Source: Trichosphaerium sp. ATCC 40318 (lineage: Eukaryota > Protista > Tubulinea). Taken from it: a stretch of DNA of 64,000 nucleotides. The translations under genes and the position numbers were made by a program. This document shows positions 1 to 15,073 of the stretch, piece by piece (position 1 is the first letter of the stretch; each line of letters begins with the position of its first letter). The notes under the pieces are model-generated. The model had not been told where the DNA came from. It saw only the letters and a program-made list of their open reading frames with translations, and ran no database searches. The stretch covers positions 248,001 to 312,000 of the forward strand of contig JALMLS010000448.1 of NCBI GenBank assembly GCA_038496445.1, in the 5' to 3' direction.

Positions 1-1620
<1,620 letters not shown>

Positions 1621-1715
1621 GGTACAAACAAAACGAAATACGCTGTTAATATGTATTCACAGATTGGGACTTATGCCACCAGTACTTAATTGGCACAAAT
1701 TTTATAACGGTAAAC

Positions 1716-1723
1716 TTCCCGCC
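1716..1723 (+). promoter_or_regulatory. E2F-like element TTCCCGCC immediately upstream of the NDC80 ATG, in a ~100-bp bidirectional promoter
   Basis: Resembles the TTSSCGC E2F core and NDC80 is a cell-cycle gene; motif only. Confidence 0.3.
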
Positions 1724-4267
1724 ATGTCATACGTGCCGTTGCAAGATATATCCAACGAACCTGTTAACAATCGCCGGGGCTCAATTAGCGGTAAACCGCG
1801 CAGAAGAACTGTTGCTTCGAGAAATGATCGCAGACAAACCATATCAACCTTTGCACAACGTAATACAAAAGCACGAAAGCGCTCTAATAGTAAAGGAAGA
1901 AGATCAAGACAAAGTACTCGTCCTGTAAGCAATTCAAACAGACGCCCTTCTCTCAGCAGACGCGCAACGCTATCTAGAAAAGTACACGACCCTCGAAATT
2001 TAAAAGACAAACGAACAAAGCTGAAATACATCAAACTGGTCAGACGTTACCTCGCAGCGAAAGGAGGACCAGAATTAACGCAAGCGCAACTAGCTAGAGG
2101 ACCTAGTACTAAAATGTGTTGGTGTATAACGGAATTTCTTTTTCAACAAGTGAACGGCGGAGCACAGTTTTCAGATGACGATAAAAAACGACCTGAAGAA
2201 CTAACGGCTCTAATGCAATTATTCGGGTACACTTTTCTACTTTTGGCGGCTTTTTTCTTCTTTTCAAATGTTTTGACGGTTTTTTTAACAGATACCCTTT
2301 CAACATACCAAAAGCCACATTAAAGGCTCCAGCTACACCTCACGCATGGGTACAATTACTCAGCTTCCTTGCATGGCTCGTACAAGTACTTGAGGTAACG
2401 TAACACGCTTTTTTCGAATTATATTCTAACGCGTTCTTTTAAGTGCTCTGAAGAATGTCAGGCTGATGAAGATATTGATAGTGGTGATATGTGGGATGAT
2501 ACATATTTTCTAAAGTTCTTGGCTCCAGCTTACCGTAAGTCTTGCGCATTCACTTTATTCTCGTTCATCGTTCGCTAACCTCCTTCCTTTCAGTTGATTT
2601 TTTGCGTACTGGAACAGAAGACAATGAAGGCCTTGCTCCTGTACTACAACACCTTGATGAGAGCAAAGCAGATTGCGAGAGTCAAATCCAAGTTTATGAA
2701 ACAGAGGAAGCGTCTATCAGAGACACTATTGAAGTTCTGAGGACCTCCAACGTAAGTACCAAAAAATTTTCAATTGTTTTGTCACGTGATTCTGATGTGG
2801 TTTTTTAGGAACGTTTGAGTGTCTATGAAGCTGCAACAAAACAAATGCAACTAGACCAAGCTAAATTTCGCGGTCTTTGTGAAGAACTTGAAACGTACTG
2901 CGTTCAAGGAGAAGAAAAGTATGAAAAACATAAGCTAAGACTACAGGCACGTCAATTGCAATTTCTTTGTACTGTCCGCTTATATAGAATCTCTAGGAGG
3001 CGAAAGCAATCAACCGACAACTACTTGAGCGACGCGAAAGAGCTGAGAAAGCATTAAAAGCTCAAAAAGCCCAAGAAATCAACGCTGAGCGTATGTTGAA
3101 AGAGCGTACATCTCTCAAGCAAGCTTTGGCTACTGTACAAGACAATAAGGTACCACCTCTACATTTGTTGCTTTTATGCTTTGCCCTCTTTGTTTCTGGA
3201 AACCGCACGTGTTTATCACGTGGATTTCTTTATTTATTTCCGTGCCTCGAACTTAACTTTTTTTTCAAGCAAAAATTGAATAAATACGCCTGGGAAGAGG
3301 AAATGCTTGTTGCACAACGTTACCAAGATGTCGAAGAATTGACAAAGACCTATTCATTTAAGGCTAGTGAATTGAGACTTATTCCTAGCACAGCAAAGTT
3401 TGCCGATGGCAAGAACTTTGAGCTCAAGTACGTTTTTTTTTTTCGTTTCATTTTATAGTTTCATCAAAAATCGCTCTTGTGCTAATGTCTCTTTAGGCTC
3501 CAACCAAACAAAGACCCTATGCTCAGCCAAGATGTTAAAAAAGTCCTCCAACCTCAACTGAGGGAACACCTTGCAACCCTACAGTACGTTGATTTTCTTG
3601 TTTTTTTCGTTTTTATCCTATAAATAAGTACTAAATCCATTAATTTAGAACTACTATCCAAGAATTGAAAGAGCAATTAGTTGACCTAACAGCGCAAGCT
3701 ACTGACCTTGAAGAGGATAATGGAATAAAAGAGCGTGAATATCAGCAGATAGCTGATAAGGAATCACGTCTACAAAAACAACTTGTAAAGGTACAAATTG
3801 TTCTTCACGCTACATGTGTCATGTGATTCTTCTTTTTTTTGTGATAAAAAAATGTACTCACACTAGTATGTTAGTTGCGAAGAGAACATGAAGACACTGT
3901 AACCCATAGCAAATCTAAAATTGAAAGACTCAGGTCTGATACTAAGAATGCTCGTGCTCAAATGCGTTCAGACGTAAAACGAAGCTCTGATCAAGTTGAA
4001 CAAGCAGAGAATGCGTATGTCAACCTATATTTTCCCTTGTGAATGACACTCGTTCTCATGAATTTATTTAGATTAAAAGAGACGCAACAAACATGTCGTA
4101 AAGAACGTGGAGAGTTTGAAAATATTTTGACTATTAAGATTGATTTATTGACCAATCATAAGGCTTATATTGAGGATTGCTTGCGTATTCTTCACCTTCG
4201 TGTTAAGAGTGTATACGATAGGGTTTGTCCTGATGAATCACAACATGAGTGCCTCCGTTCTTTCTGA
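1724..4267 (+). CDS. NDC80: Kinetochore protein NDC80/HEC1 (about 11 exons)
   Basis: Arg/Ser-rich basic N-tail, then DPRNLKDK...GPSTK...FGYPF...APATPHAWVQLLSFLAWL (Ndc80 CH domain) and a long coiled coil. Likely start MSYVPLQDISN at 1724; stop TGA 4265-4267. Confidence 0.88.
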
Positions 4268-4426
4268 GAAAAAAAGCAAATGCACGTGTACAAAAAAGTT
4301 GTAAATAAAAAAGTTCAGTAGACGTTTATAAAAGTTCCCACTGCAAGACGTTAGTGGTTTGTAACTAGACTTATTGTGGTCGTTCTTGTAGCGTCAAGAA
4401 ACAATCTAGATTAACAACACTGGCAG

Positions 4427-4678
4427 TGCCAACATGTGACAGATGATGGTATTAGAGAGTAAAGGGGTGCGCATACTATTTCCCTTGACAACACCCAGGT
4501 GACAGACAAAGGCGTCATTTAAAAGGTGTACATAAAATTAATCTTGCACGTTGCAATGTTACAGATGAAGGCATTAAAAGGTGTTCATACTATTTACCTT
4601 ACTAGCACTAGGGTGACTACAGAAGGTATTAATACACTTGAAGGTGTTCAATCAATTTGGATTAGTGAGACACATTGA
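4427..4678 (+). pseudogene. Decayed intronless leucine-rich-repeat gene fragment (~21-aa LKGVHTIxLxxTxVTDEGI repeats)
   Basis: Translation CQHVTDDGIRE*RGAHTISLDNTQVTDKGV/HLKGVHKINLARCNVTDEGI/KGVHTIYLTSTRVTTEGINTLEGVQSI, with one stop and two small deletions. Confidence 0.75.
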
Positions 4679-4819
4679 CAAGAAAGACATTGATTGGACT
4701 GTACTTTCTGACGAAATTTTATAGTGAGAAATCATCTTAAAATCAAAATAAACTTGTCACATATAGGTTGAGTCGAAAAGTTGCTAGAGAAAAGTGATAG
4801 TGATGTATTTCGCTGTACA

Positions 4820-7800
4820 TCAAGGTCCAGGTGGTGGATAACAAGCTATGGATCCTCCAATAGCCGTAAGGTCAACACTACTTGATAAACTTAATGGATC
4901 ACCGTTATAAACCACTAGATTTGCTAGTGTATTAGATGCAATACGTCCAACTCCAAAAGGCAAGCCGAAAGCACTTTTGAGAACAAAAGTTAGCAACACA
5001 ATTAATGAAGCAACCCTCGTACTCTGCAATTGTAGATGTTATTGAAGCTATAGCATCTTCACGTGATAATCCTGAGCGCACATGTGCCCAACCTGAGGAA
5101 AGTTAACAAGATTGGGGTTTTTTTGTAGCTTACCAGCTCCAAATCGCAAATTTCTGACTGTTGAAGTGCCCGTGATGGCATATCCGACCTTAGTTTAAGT
5201 GTTTAGAATTGTCACTACTAATATCACTTACTTGTACTCCTGCTGCTACCAACTCTGCAGTCCTTGTAATATCACATCTGTACGCAGAATTAGATGTAAA
5301 TAATATTGTACAAACTACTTAAACGAATGAGTACCTGGAAGTGTGGAATGTGCTTGGTACACATCTTGTGCTGCCACCACCCGTCAATATAACAATTGTA
5401 TTAGTTGCTGCTAGTTGTGATGCAACCAGGTATGCCTCAGATCCACCAAAGATGACAATATTAAGGTTTGGATAATCCGTCTTAAACCGAAGAAAACGAG
5501 AAATATCATCAGCATTGTTAACACGTACAACAAGAGGAATCTCTCCACTGAATACTTCAGAGTAAATGCCATCAGTATCATTGAAGTGTTGAGAGAATAG
5601 AGAACGAAGAGACGCAAACTATAAGACCATTACAAAATGAAAAAAAGTAACAGACAATTGTACCTGTCCAGAAACAGATGAGCGAAGACCTGAACCTCGG
5701 TAGCTAGAACCAACACCGATTTGAAGCGATGCCTCAGTTTTTATAATCATAGAGTCGTCTAAGACTGGTGTTGTCCCATATAAATACCAAGCAACACTTG
5801 CTCCTTGGACTTCACCTCCACCTGTCAAGAATGTAACAGAACTAAGAACGCCTCCACCCTTATCCAAAAAATAAGAACCACGTGCTCATGAAACACTCTT
5901 TGACTCACCCATGCAAAAGGTATCTTTTTGCCTTCAAGTTTAATACCATCTTCTGGGTGCACTGATGTAACATCTCCAGAGGCTGTACCATCTTGAAATG
6001 AGGTCTATATTGACAAGAAGTTAAATACGAACTATTTCTCAAATTAAGTCATACCTCGCTTGATAGCTCAACAAGGCCCAGATTATTTCCAGCTGAAACA
6101 ACTCTACAACACAAAAATGGTCAGTGCGCAGAACAAGAAAGGCTTATTGAGTACATACCCAGGCATTACAACACCTTGATTTTGAAGATCAAAGGTAGGT
6201 ATACCAGGTGGAGGATCACATGTAGGTCCAGCACATACAATCGTTCCGTTAAATACGTGAATTGCACCTGATGTTACTGGACCAATGTTATCCCAGATTT
6301 CAAAAGCGTTGATGATTCCATATTCTATTTGAGGGAAAAATTAGATCATCAAATAACAATAATAATTGACTCTTCGTACCTGCTAGAGGTTCATCAAATC
6401 GAGTGGAGTTACACTCAATATTAATAGGAACCATCACAGGCGTAGGTTGAGAAACTGAGAAATGCTCTGGTGAGTATGGATAGTCATAGTGTACTAGCAT
6501 TTCTCCCTTGTTGAAGACATCAATTTCGTCAATGATTTTTTGAACTCTGTACCTCAATAAAGACTTTGGTTGGAATAGCTCCAAGTGATAGGGGGTGCCT
6601 ATCCCAAACGACTACATCGGCGTCCTTAAAACAGAACAAAAGTTAGGAGGAAAAGGAAGGAGACTGGTCCACATTGCCACGTGATAATGTGAGAACAAAC
6701 TGAACTTAAAATGAGGAAAATGGTACGCGTGGCTCATATCACATCGCGATAAGAACCAATCTTCTAAACAGAAAACAGTTTCTTTGATGCAAAGCGTTGG
6801 TTACCTTTCCAAGTTCAAGTGTTCCAATACGATCACTCAAACCCATGCGGTACGCTGGAACTGATGTAACAGCCCTCAAGGCAGTCTATATATAATCTGT
6901 TATGCTTATAAAAAAATCCCACTTACATTTGCAGGAGTGCCGTAATGATATGCTTTTTGAGCTTCGTAAATAAGCTCACGTCCATAAAGAACCTAAGGCA
7001 GTTGATGAAAACCACAATTGGCGTTCAATGCACATACAGGGTGATCTGTCTTGTAAACTAAATCAACTCCTGCTTCATTCAATATCTTTCCTACAATAGA
7101 GAATTAATAAGTATTCTTCAAAGTGTTCGACATGCCAGCCAGCACAGAAGCGTTGTATGCTTCCATTTTAAATCCCCAATTATCAGCAAAGATAGCGACA
7201 CTATGTGAAGAGTTATAAGGATTTAATTGAGACTGATGATAGAGCACCTAATGCCATTCTCTTTTAGTTCTTTAGGTATTCTCCAAGCTTCGACAGCATG
7301 ATGAAAAGCACCTACAAAACGATAAGCAACCAATTCTAAAAGAAATACGCATTAAGCAGTTTGTTAGACTTCAACATAAAATTGGCGTTAATAGCATTGT
7401 GGGTTTTGGTTTTCGTACGAATTTGAAAGCCAAACTCTTTAGATACACGGATGGCCATTTGCATGTCTCTTACAGTATAAGAATGTATATTCACTAATGC
7501 GTTTCCACGAAGAACATCAACAAGATTGCTCAGTGACATGTCATAAGGTATGCTATAAAAAGTTAGTGTTTCACTGAAAAACGTTTTACAAATTGAGTTT
7601 TAACATACCCTCCGCCTGCTGATTCGTCACTACAATAATTGTCTTGTAATTTTTTTAGTCTAAAATTAATAATTAGCATCTTAGAATAAGGCTAGCTAGT
7701 CTAGATTTAAAGCAAGATTTGCTAAAATACCTTCTAGCTTCATCAAACTTTTTACGAAATTGCCATCCTACACCCATTCTTGTACTTGGACCGCCAGGTT

Positions 7801-9118
7801 TGGAACCGTAACTACGTTTCGGATTCTCTCCACACGCCATCTTAAGAGCAATTGGAGCTACGTAAAAGTAAAAAATGGAATACATTTTATCCTTTTCTTC
7901 TGGTTACCATTCTTAATCCTCATTTCTTCAACAGAAAACCCTCTCATCTTTAGTGAAATAGCTTGCCCACCCTAAGTAGTTAGCCTTTAGTACTTTTTAT
8001 GCCATTTAGGTATTGTTCTAACAAGGTGATTTTAAAGCACTTGCCATAACGTTTGCCGAACCAGGAAGGACTAAAGAACTTGTAACACCTCCTTCTCGTA
8101 TCAAAGGTATTGCGAGACCATCTGCGTCTATGGCATCAATTGCTCTCACCTTTAATTCCATTGTTTAGCGTATTTTGGATACAAGGTTTTCAGTACTTGA
8201 GGTAGAGTGGGGTCTGTAGCTTCATTACCATCAGAAGTACCAAAACCTTCTGGCCACCTAAAATGTGTCAATAAAGGGTACATAAAAAAACATTGTACTT
8301 ACGCAATAATACCCGCATGGGAGTGTTGATCAACAAGCCCTAATTATGTTAAATATACGCAATCATAACTTGAAAGTAGGATTCCTAGGATTACATACCA
8401 GGAGTTACCCATGTGCCCTAGTAAAAAATGAGTTTACCAGAAAAAAATGAAAAACGGTTGCTAACATACTTGAACATCGTATACATCCCACTCAGGTTCA
8501 GCTACAATATCTACTTCAATCATGCCTATCTTACCATCTTTTAGCAAAATATCATATCCGTCAAGAGTTTCATTGTGGTAACCAGTCCAAATTGTTGCAT
8601 TTTTTATTAGCACCTGTTGTTTGTCGGAGTTAAAAAAAACCGCTTTGTTTCAACTGTGAATGGCCATAAGACTCACTGTAACATGTTCGTTGTAAGTTAC
8701 TTCTTCTCTTCGTGGTGTAAAATCGCATTCTCCCTGTATTCGTTTATGAGTACGAATAAAGAAGGAAAGAAAGAAGACAAAAAACCCAAAACAGAAAAAA
8801 AAGTCAAATCGGAAAAGTCGGTTTTAGGCTCACCTCCAATTTTGGATTGCTGTTACGATCAGGTGATGCTATGATAGCCACTGCTATTACCTTTTTACAT
8901 ACATTTAGCATATTTTGATTAAGACAACACTAACGCACAAGGCCAATGGTTACGACAAGTAAAATCGCTACTAAGACAACCAAAAAGCTTTTTGAACAGC
9001 ACAATAGTGATCCTGGGCTGTTTTTTGGCAGTAAAGCGCTGTTGTCATCCACATCCATCCTAAAGATATCGTTAGACTTAGTATAAGTGTAGCCATACTC
9101 GTTTTGGACGTCAGTCAT
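4820..9118 (-). CDS. Type II membrane-anchored amidohydrolase-superfamily protein with two tandem amidohydrolase domains (second degenerate); many introns
   Basis: N-terminal TM (FLVVLVAILLVVTIGL), then VLIKNATIWTG, TPGLVDQHSHAG (HxH), GGVTSSLVLPGSANVM, ALKMACGENPK, VNIHSY, FHHAVE, KTDHP; C-terminal ANLVVYNGDPL. Confidence 0.85.
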
Positions 9119-9436
9119 TCAATAGTAGGAAAAACCGCCTAAGTGTTTAGTAAGTGGGAAAGGTGTATCCACAAACAAGGCTTTGCTTTGTTTCATCATG
9201 TACCTGGTTTTTTTTTTGGCTTATGTTGCCAATTAACGGTTTGTATTCTCTTTTTTTTTGGGTACGTCAATTATGTTCAAGAGCACGTGATATCACTCAT
9301 TCTTAGCATTTTCTTGAGTCAGCTAGTACAAAGACTTTGGTATTTTATGACATTGTGAGGCAGCCGAGCATAGCCACGCCAGTACGCTCAAGAACTTCTT
9401 GCTTTACGAAATGGTTACATTAAAGTACTGTTACAT

Positions 9437-11458
9437 TTATTTTAGAGATTTGTCGCTATGTTTAGAAAGATAATCACGAATGACATCCTTGTTTGGATTA
9501 TCTCTCCAATTTAGCATTCTGAATTCTTCTACAAGCTTGAGAGCAATACCAATACGTTTACCGGATCCCCATGAGAACCATTCTATAATATCTTTTCCAG
9601 TAATCATTTGTGGCATTTTCAAAACTAGCAAACAGATTAACTCTCGGGACACTTTGTATAACTTACTGTTTTCTGGCATTCCTGACTCTTGTAAAGACGT
9701 CACAAAGGAAATAGCATACTTAAGAGAACTAGGAGTATCACCGTAGTTTAAAAAAAAAGAAAGAGCGGCCATGTAAGGCCATCGTTCTTTGCATTTTTGT
9801 ATAAAAACACCTGTAGATACTGCGTGTTCTTTCGTTGCTGTATCAACGTTTTGTTGATTAGATAATTCTCTGTTGTACTTAATATCATCAAGAAATGACC
9901 TCGAGCGGCTATGTAATAATATTGGTCAGTAATAGTACAAAGCAGCATAAGCATACGTTAAGCACAATGACATAAAGTTAAATTCTTTCTTTGTTATTCC
10001 AAAAGTTTCAATAACCGATTCCTCTGCATCTATCATTGTTTCACCCTTGCTTAGCATTGTAGTAATAAACATTGATATGATAGTGTGATCATCTACTCCA
10101 TTAGGTTTAAAACTCTTACAGAATCTATTAAGGATGTCAGCACATCTTCACCTCCTTTCAACATTTTCGTACTCTTCCATGTATTGTATACGAATAAATG
10201 GTGCTAAGCTTGTGCTAGGAACCCTCAGCATTGCTTGGAGTAAGTTACTTGAATAGAACTAAATAAAATACGTTGGTAACAACAAAGAAGAGCCTGGACA
10301 TACCATTTTCAGTGCAGAGAAAGGTGATGGACCTTTGAATATTTTATTCATTTCACTGCCAATACGTTGTTGAGCAACCTTTGTTTTAATACCAATATGT
10401 GTTGATTCATGGCTAAGTGCATCCCATAACTCATTATCAAATGAAAAATTTGGTAGACTTGACCTAAATCTAACAGCACGAACAGCACGAAGTGGATCAT
10501 CCGTAAGACTTTCAAAAGGTTTCAAAGGAGTTCTAATAATCTTGTCTCTCAAATCATTCAATCCCTATCAAACAAGTTAGAACTAAATCACGTGATGAGC
10601 ATGTGTGACAAAACCATTTTAGTAAAATCCTCAATTTCTTTTGTATTTAGGTTGTAGAATAGAGCATTTATTGTAAAGTCACGTCGAAGTGCATCTTCTG
10701 TAGGTGTACCAAACTCCTTTAATAAAAAAAGTTAGAACTTGGTTTTTCTTATAATATTCTTCTCGCAACTCTGTACGTACAACGTTTGGAATTCTAGAGT
10801 TTGTTGTATAGGTTTCTTAGGATTTAATAAGTCAGTATTGAAAGTTATTGGAAAGGTTAGCGGTGAACCTGAACGGAGGTGAACAAAGTTAAGCTCATAT
10901 GCTTCATCATTATCTTCATTTTCTTTGTAATACACAATAGCGGTCTCCAAGTGTTTTGATTTTTCTGGATTAGCTATGACACGTCCTACGCTTGACATAC
11001 CATCCCACCCAGCCCTAATAACAGTGAATCAAGAGTCAATACAACGCAGGTTCCGAAAAACAATTCAAACAAGGAATGACATACTTTTGGAGAAGATTAC
11101 AGTACTTTATGCCTGTCATTGTGTCAATGGCAATGTCAATATCATGAGAAGTTCTATTAAGAAGCTCAAAAATGGTGTTAGAGCGTTAATAAGTATAAAA
11201 CACGCTAATTACCTTATCTCTAACCCATCCTCCGCATACACGTAGCGTACAGTCGATATTTGCGTTTTTATTAATATTTAACAGCTATTATCGCCGTTAA
11301 CGCGTCTGTGGATGAAATTGACGCGCCTGATCGAATAATTTGCGCTCAACTGGTGTTATATCGATACGGTGCGCTTCTGAAGCAACCCAGCGCTTTATTA
11401 CTCTAATACGGCGTGTGCGTGTACTTACAGCTAATATTGAGCGCTTTGCAGCTAGCAT
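9437..11458 (-). CDS. CCA1: tRNA nucleotidyltransferase (CCA-adding enzyme, class II NTase) with Arg-rich putative mitochondrial presequence
   Basis: RVCGGWVRDKLL, HDIDIA, ANPEKSKHLETA, LRSETYTTNSRIP, FGTPTEDALRRDFTINALFYN, DDPLRAVRAVRF. Confidence 0.9.
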
Positions 11459-11728
11459 ACGCCGTCGTTTGAGTGGTCAACTTTTTTATCAAAAAGTGTG
11501 TTCAGTGATTGTACTTTGTTGTAGTTGTTGGTATCTTAGCTTTGACACGCGTTGGTATAAGGCATATACGTCAAAGTTCAACAAGCAGCACAAGCGTTTC
11601 TTTTTCATCTTACTTTTTTTACACGTGAAAACTGTTCAACTGCAAAAACAACATATTATGGATGTAATGGACATAGTTTGATTTGATTGGTTTCTATTTA
11701 TTTTTGTTAAATAAAGCAACAGTTTGAT

Positions 11729-14700
11729 TTACAATAGAACTACCAGAATACCTAATAAAATGAGTCAGAATAGAATCAACAATAAACTTAAATCATTCAA
11801 AGACAGTACCAATTGTGATAAGCAGGCTCATTGCTTGTTGAATACCAGAGCTTGGTGGAACAACACTTGGTTGTTCTGTTGAAATCGGTGTAGCAGTAGT
11901 GAGTGTTGCTGGCGGAAGTGCAGAAGGTTCAGACTAAAAAGAAATTAACACGTATTTCAATGAATTCAAACAAGTGACTTGACGTACAACTACAGTTAGC
12001 CCAGCGCTTTGTACGGCCATATTTGTAAGAGTAATTTTGGCAGGATCGTTAAGGTATGAAGTTACGATTTGAGCGAGTGGTGTACTGTCAACAGAATTAC
12101 TATTAACAGTAACAACAACTACAGTTTGAGACTGGCGCTTTGTTGAATCGAAAGGTTGCTGGGAGAATGTTCCATCACCAGTTCCAAGTCCCATACCAGA
12201 TAACATAACACCGCCAATATTTTGAACCAAATTTATAGGAGCTGGGTACAGTTGGGATATTGTAATACCAATCTCAAAACCTTAATAAAAACACTTAGAA
12301 GAATCAAAAATAAAACAAGCCCACCTGTTGTAGGACACTCTGTTGCTGGGTTACCACCACCAAAAGTTACGGTACCGCCCTAAGTATTACCGTAAGACAT
12401 ACTATTGGAAGACAATGTGTAAAAGAAAGACGTACACCAAGAGTCCATTGTGTTTGCTGCCCATCAAAATCATAAGGGAAGTTTACATTAGGATAGAAAG
12501 ATGAGGATCCGGTAAAAGTTGTAGGCAGTTGGGATGCTCCCAAATCGTTATTAACACCCCTCGGTACTGTAATTGATATTTCCTGTACAAGTTAAAGGGT
12601 GTTCAGCGATTGTTTACAACTTACTGGCGTGGTCCAACCTAGGAACGCTGTAAAGGTGCCATCTGCATTAGCTACAACGCAGTCACTTCGGGGGACGATC
12701 TAAGGAGGAAAGGTTAGTATCAAAGTGCATAGCTTATTGAAACATACATTTGGAAATCCTATTAGAGTTGGAGAACCTGTAGGTGCTACAGTATTCGGTG
12801 CTGTTGGAGATGCCGTAGTAGGCGCTATCGTAGGAGACGCTGTCGTAGTTGGCGCTGCCGTAGTTGGCGCTGCTACAGTTGGTGCTACTGTAGTTGGCGC
12901 CATGGTAGGTGGTTCTGTAGTTGGTGGCAAAGTAGTTGGTGGGTTGGTTGTAGGTGGCAATGTAGAAGGTGGTGTTATTGTAGGGGGTGCCGTTGTAGGG
13001 GGCGCTGTTGTAGGGGGTAAGGTGCTTGGAGGTATTGGTGGGTTGTAGTTGAAAGCTGAGATTGCATCAGTAACACCAATAAACTCTGTTGAAATGGTGG
13101 CAAGAGTTGTAGCGTTAAAATACGCTAGGTTTTGATTTTGGCAAGAAGCGACAATAATCTCACTTGATATTGCTGTTAGCCCTATTTTTCCATATGTGAA
13201 TACGAGTGGAAATATTACTTAAGATGCTGTACCTCTCAAACCATTACAAGATGAGGAGACATCAATTCTTTCTTCATCAGAACAATCACCCGATAAAAAG
13301 AATGGTGCTTTAGATAGTACTCCACTTGCACCACCAACATATAGAACGCCATCGATTAACATGACTAACAATGAAGTTAAAATTTGCTTAAGAAGCCAAC
13401 AAAGTGAAAAAAAAAACACAAAAGGTTTAACGAGGCATACCACTACTGGATGATTTCATCTGATCTGTACAGTATGTTGAAACCAAGCAAGTTTCCAAAT
13501 CTATCTCTACTATTACGGTACCTGCAGCCTCCCCAAATACTCTACCACTTTCTTTATCTACCATCAGCCCAACGATTCCGCCAACTGTAAGACATGACTT
13601 TTCCTAAACAAAATTGTAAGTACCAAACGAAAAAAAAACTAGCGTACTATTACACACGTGTACGGATCAACTACGAAAAGCTTGCTGTTTTTGTTTAGGT
13701 AGAGAACTTTACCCAGAACGGTACTATATTCTAAACCTGTAGGATCATAATTAAGCTCTGGTATGGCACAACCTAAAGAAATGTTACAACATGTTTCACA
13801 TCACGTGCAATGGAAAAAGAGTAACGTACTGCCAACTATTTGACTTGCATTCGAAATCAATCTGTAATCGAATCCTGGCACGTTCAATCCTTTACCCACA
13901 ATGAATACGTTACTTACACCTCCATCTGGCGCCGTAGTAGGTTGTGGAGTAGCTTCAGTGGGGGATATTGTAGTAGGAACAGAAGGGGCAACTGTAGTTG
14001 ATATATCGTAGTACATAGATACAATAATGCTCGGCTTAGGTATCTCTGTTATAAAATCTGCTGTTGTCAAAGAAGTCAGATTCACTTTTGAGTGCGCGCT
14101 TTGTGTCGATACAATCACTTCGTCCTCAGAAAGGGCAGTAACAGCTAGTAAAATAATAAGAAAAGAAACCCACAATTAAAAACAATGGAGTATCCTTTTA
14201 CATAGATTCTGCTTCAAAATAAGCTTACCGACAATAAAAGACCCAGAACCAACACTAACTGATGGCAGTGCAAATGTGTCAGGAGCGCAATTAGATTCAG
14301 AAAAAGTAGTTTTTCCTACTTGTCCAAAGAAGTTAGCTGTTATCAACGTCGTATCAAAAAATGCCACTGTTAAAACAAAGTTAGTTCTGATTGAATGGTT
14401 ATTACAACTTTAAGTGAAGCACGTACTATAACCAGCATATTTATTGGCCTCACAGACTACATTTGAAACTAAATCACAAGTAGAATAGTCTATTTCTATA
14501 ATTCTTCCAAGGAAAGATTTTGCGGTAGTCCTAATACCATACAATTTCTCTGTTATTGGATGTACAGCGAGAGCTAAGAAATAGCTGGTAAGGGTACAAT
14601 TCATCTAAAAAACAAAGTTAGTTCTGAGAACAAGCCAGTTACGGTCACGTAAAACAAAAAACAAGTGTTTTGAAATTACTAAAAAACTTCCGGAATCCAA

Positions 14701-15073
14701 ACGAAGTAAATTATCTGTACTAGTGCACACCTTAATTTCACACGAATACGGATCCATAATAAGAAAGTTCGGAGTAGCAGCGCTTGAACTTTGAGACCAA
14801 TAAACAAAAAGAATGTTTTTAGACGGTAAATACGTCATAGATTTAATACTGCCCTTTGAAAGGATATTCAAACATTCTAATAGTATTTTTAGACCACGCT
14901 ACCGAAATCTATTGAAACTGCCTACCATGTACTACAACGCTGTCGTTTGTGGTTAAACGTATAGAAAAGCCAGTGTCCGAAAGACCAGTAGTAATTAATG
15001 CATTGTGATCTTGAGCGGATATTAACGATAGCATAGAAGCCATAATTAATGAAATAACTAATGAGTACGCCAT
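11729..15073 (-). CDS. Secreted, probably GPI-anchored surface glycoprotein with beta-rich repeats and a Pro/Thr mucin stalk
   Basis: Signal peptide MAYSLVISLIMASMLSLISA; PT-rich repeats; C-terminal PSSGIQQAMSLLITIGILVVLL* (GPI-like signal); exons join through GT-AG introns. Confidence 0.75.
12780..13045 (-). repeat. Coding 15-bp-period Pro/Thr repeat (PPTTx / APTTx)
   Basis: Pentapeptide repeats PPTTN, PPTTL, PPTTE, APTTA in ORF 12700..12960. Confidence 0.85.

Noticed and set aside
13801-14175. Separate secreted protein starting MWVSFLIILL
   Set aside because: The start is TTG and the hydrophobic stretch is the polypyrimidine tract of a gtaagc...ctag intron of the larger gene.
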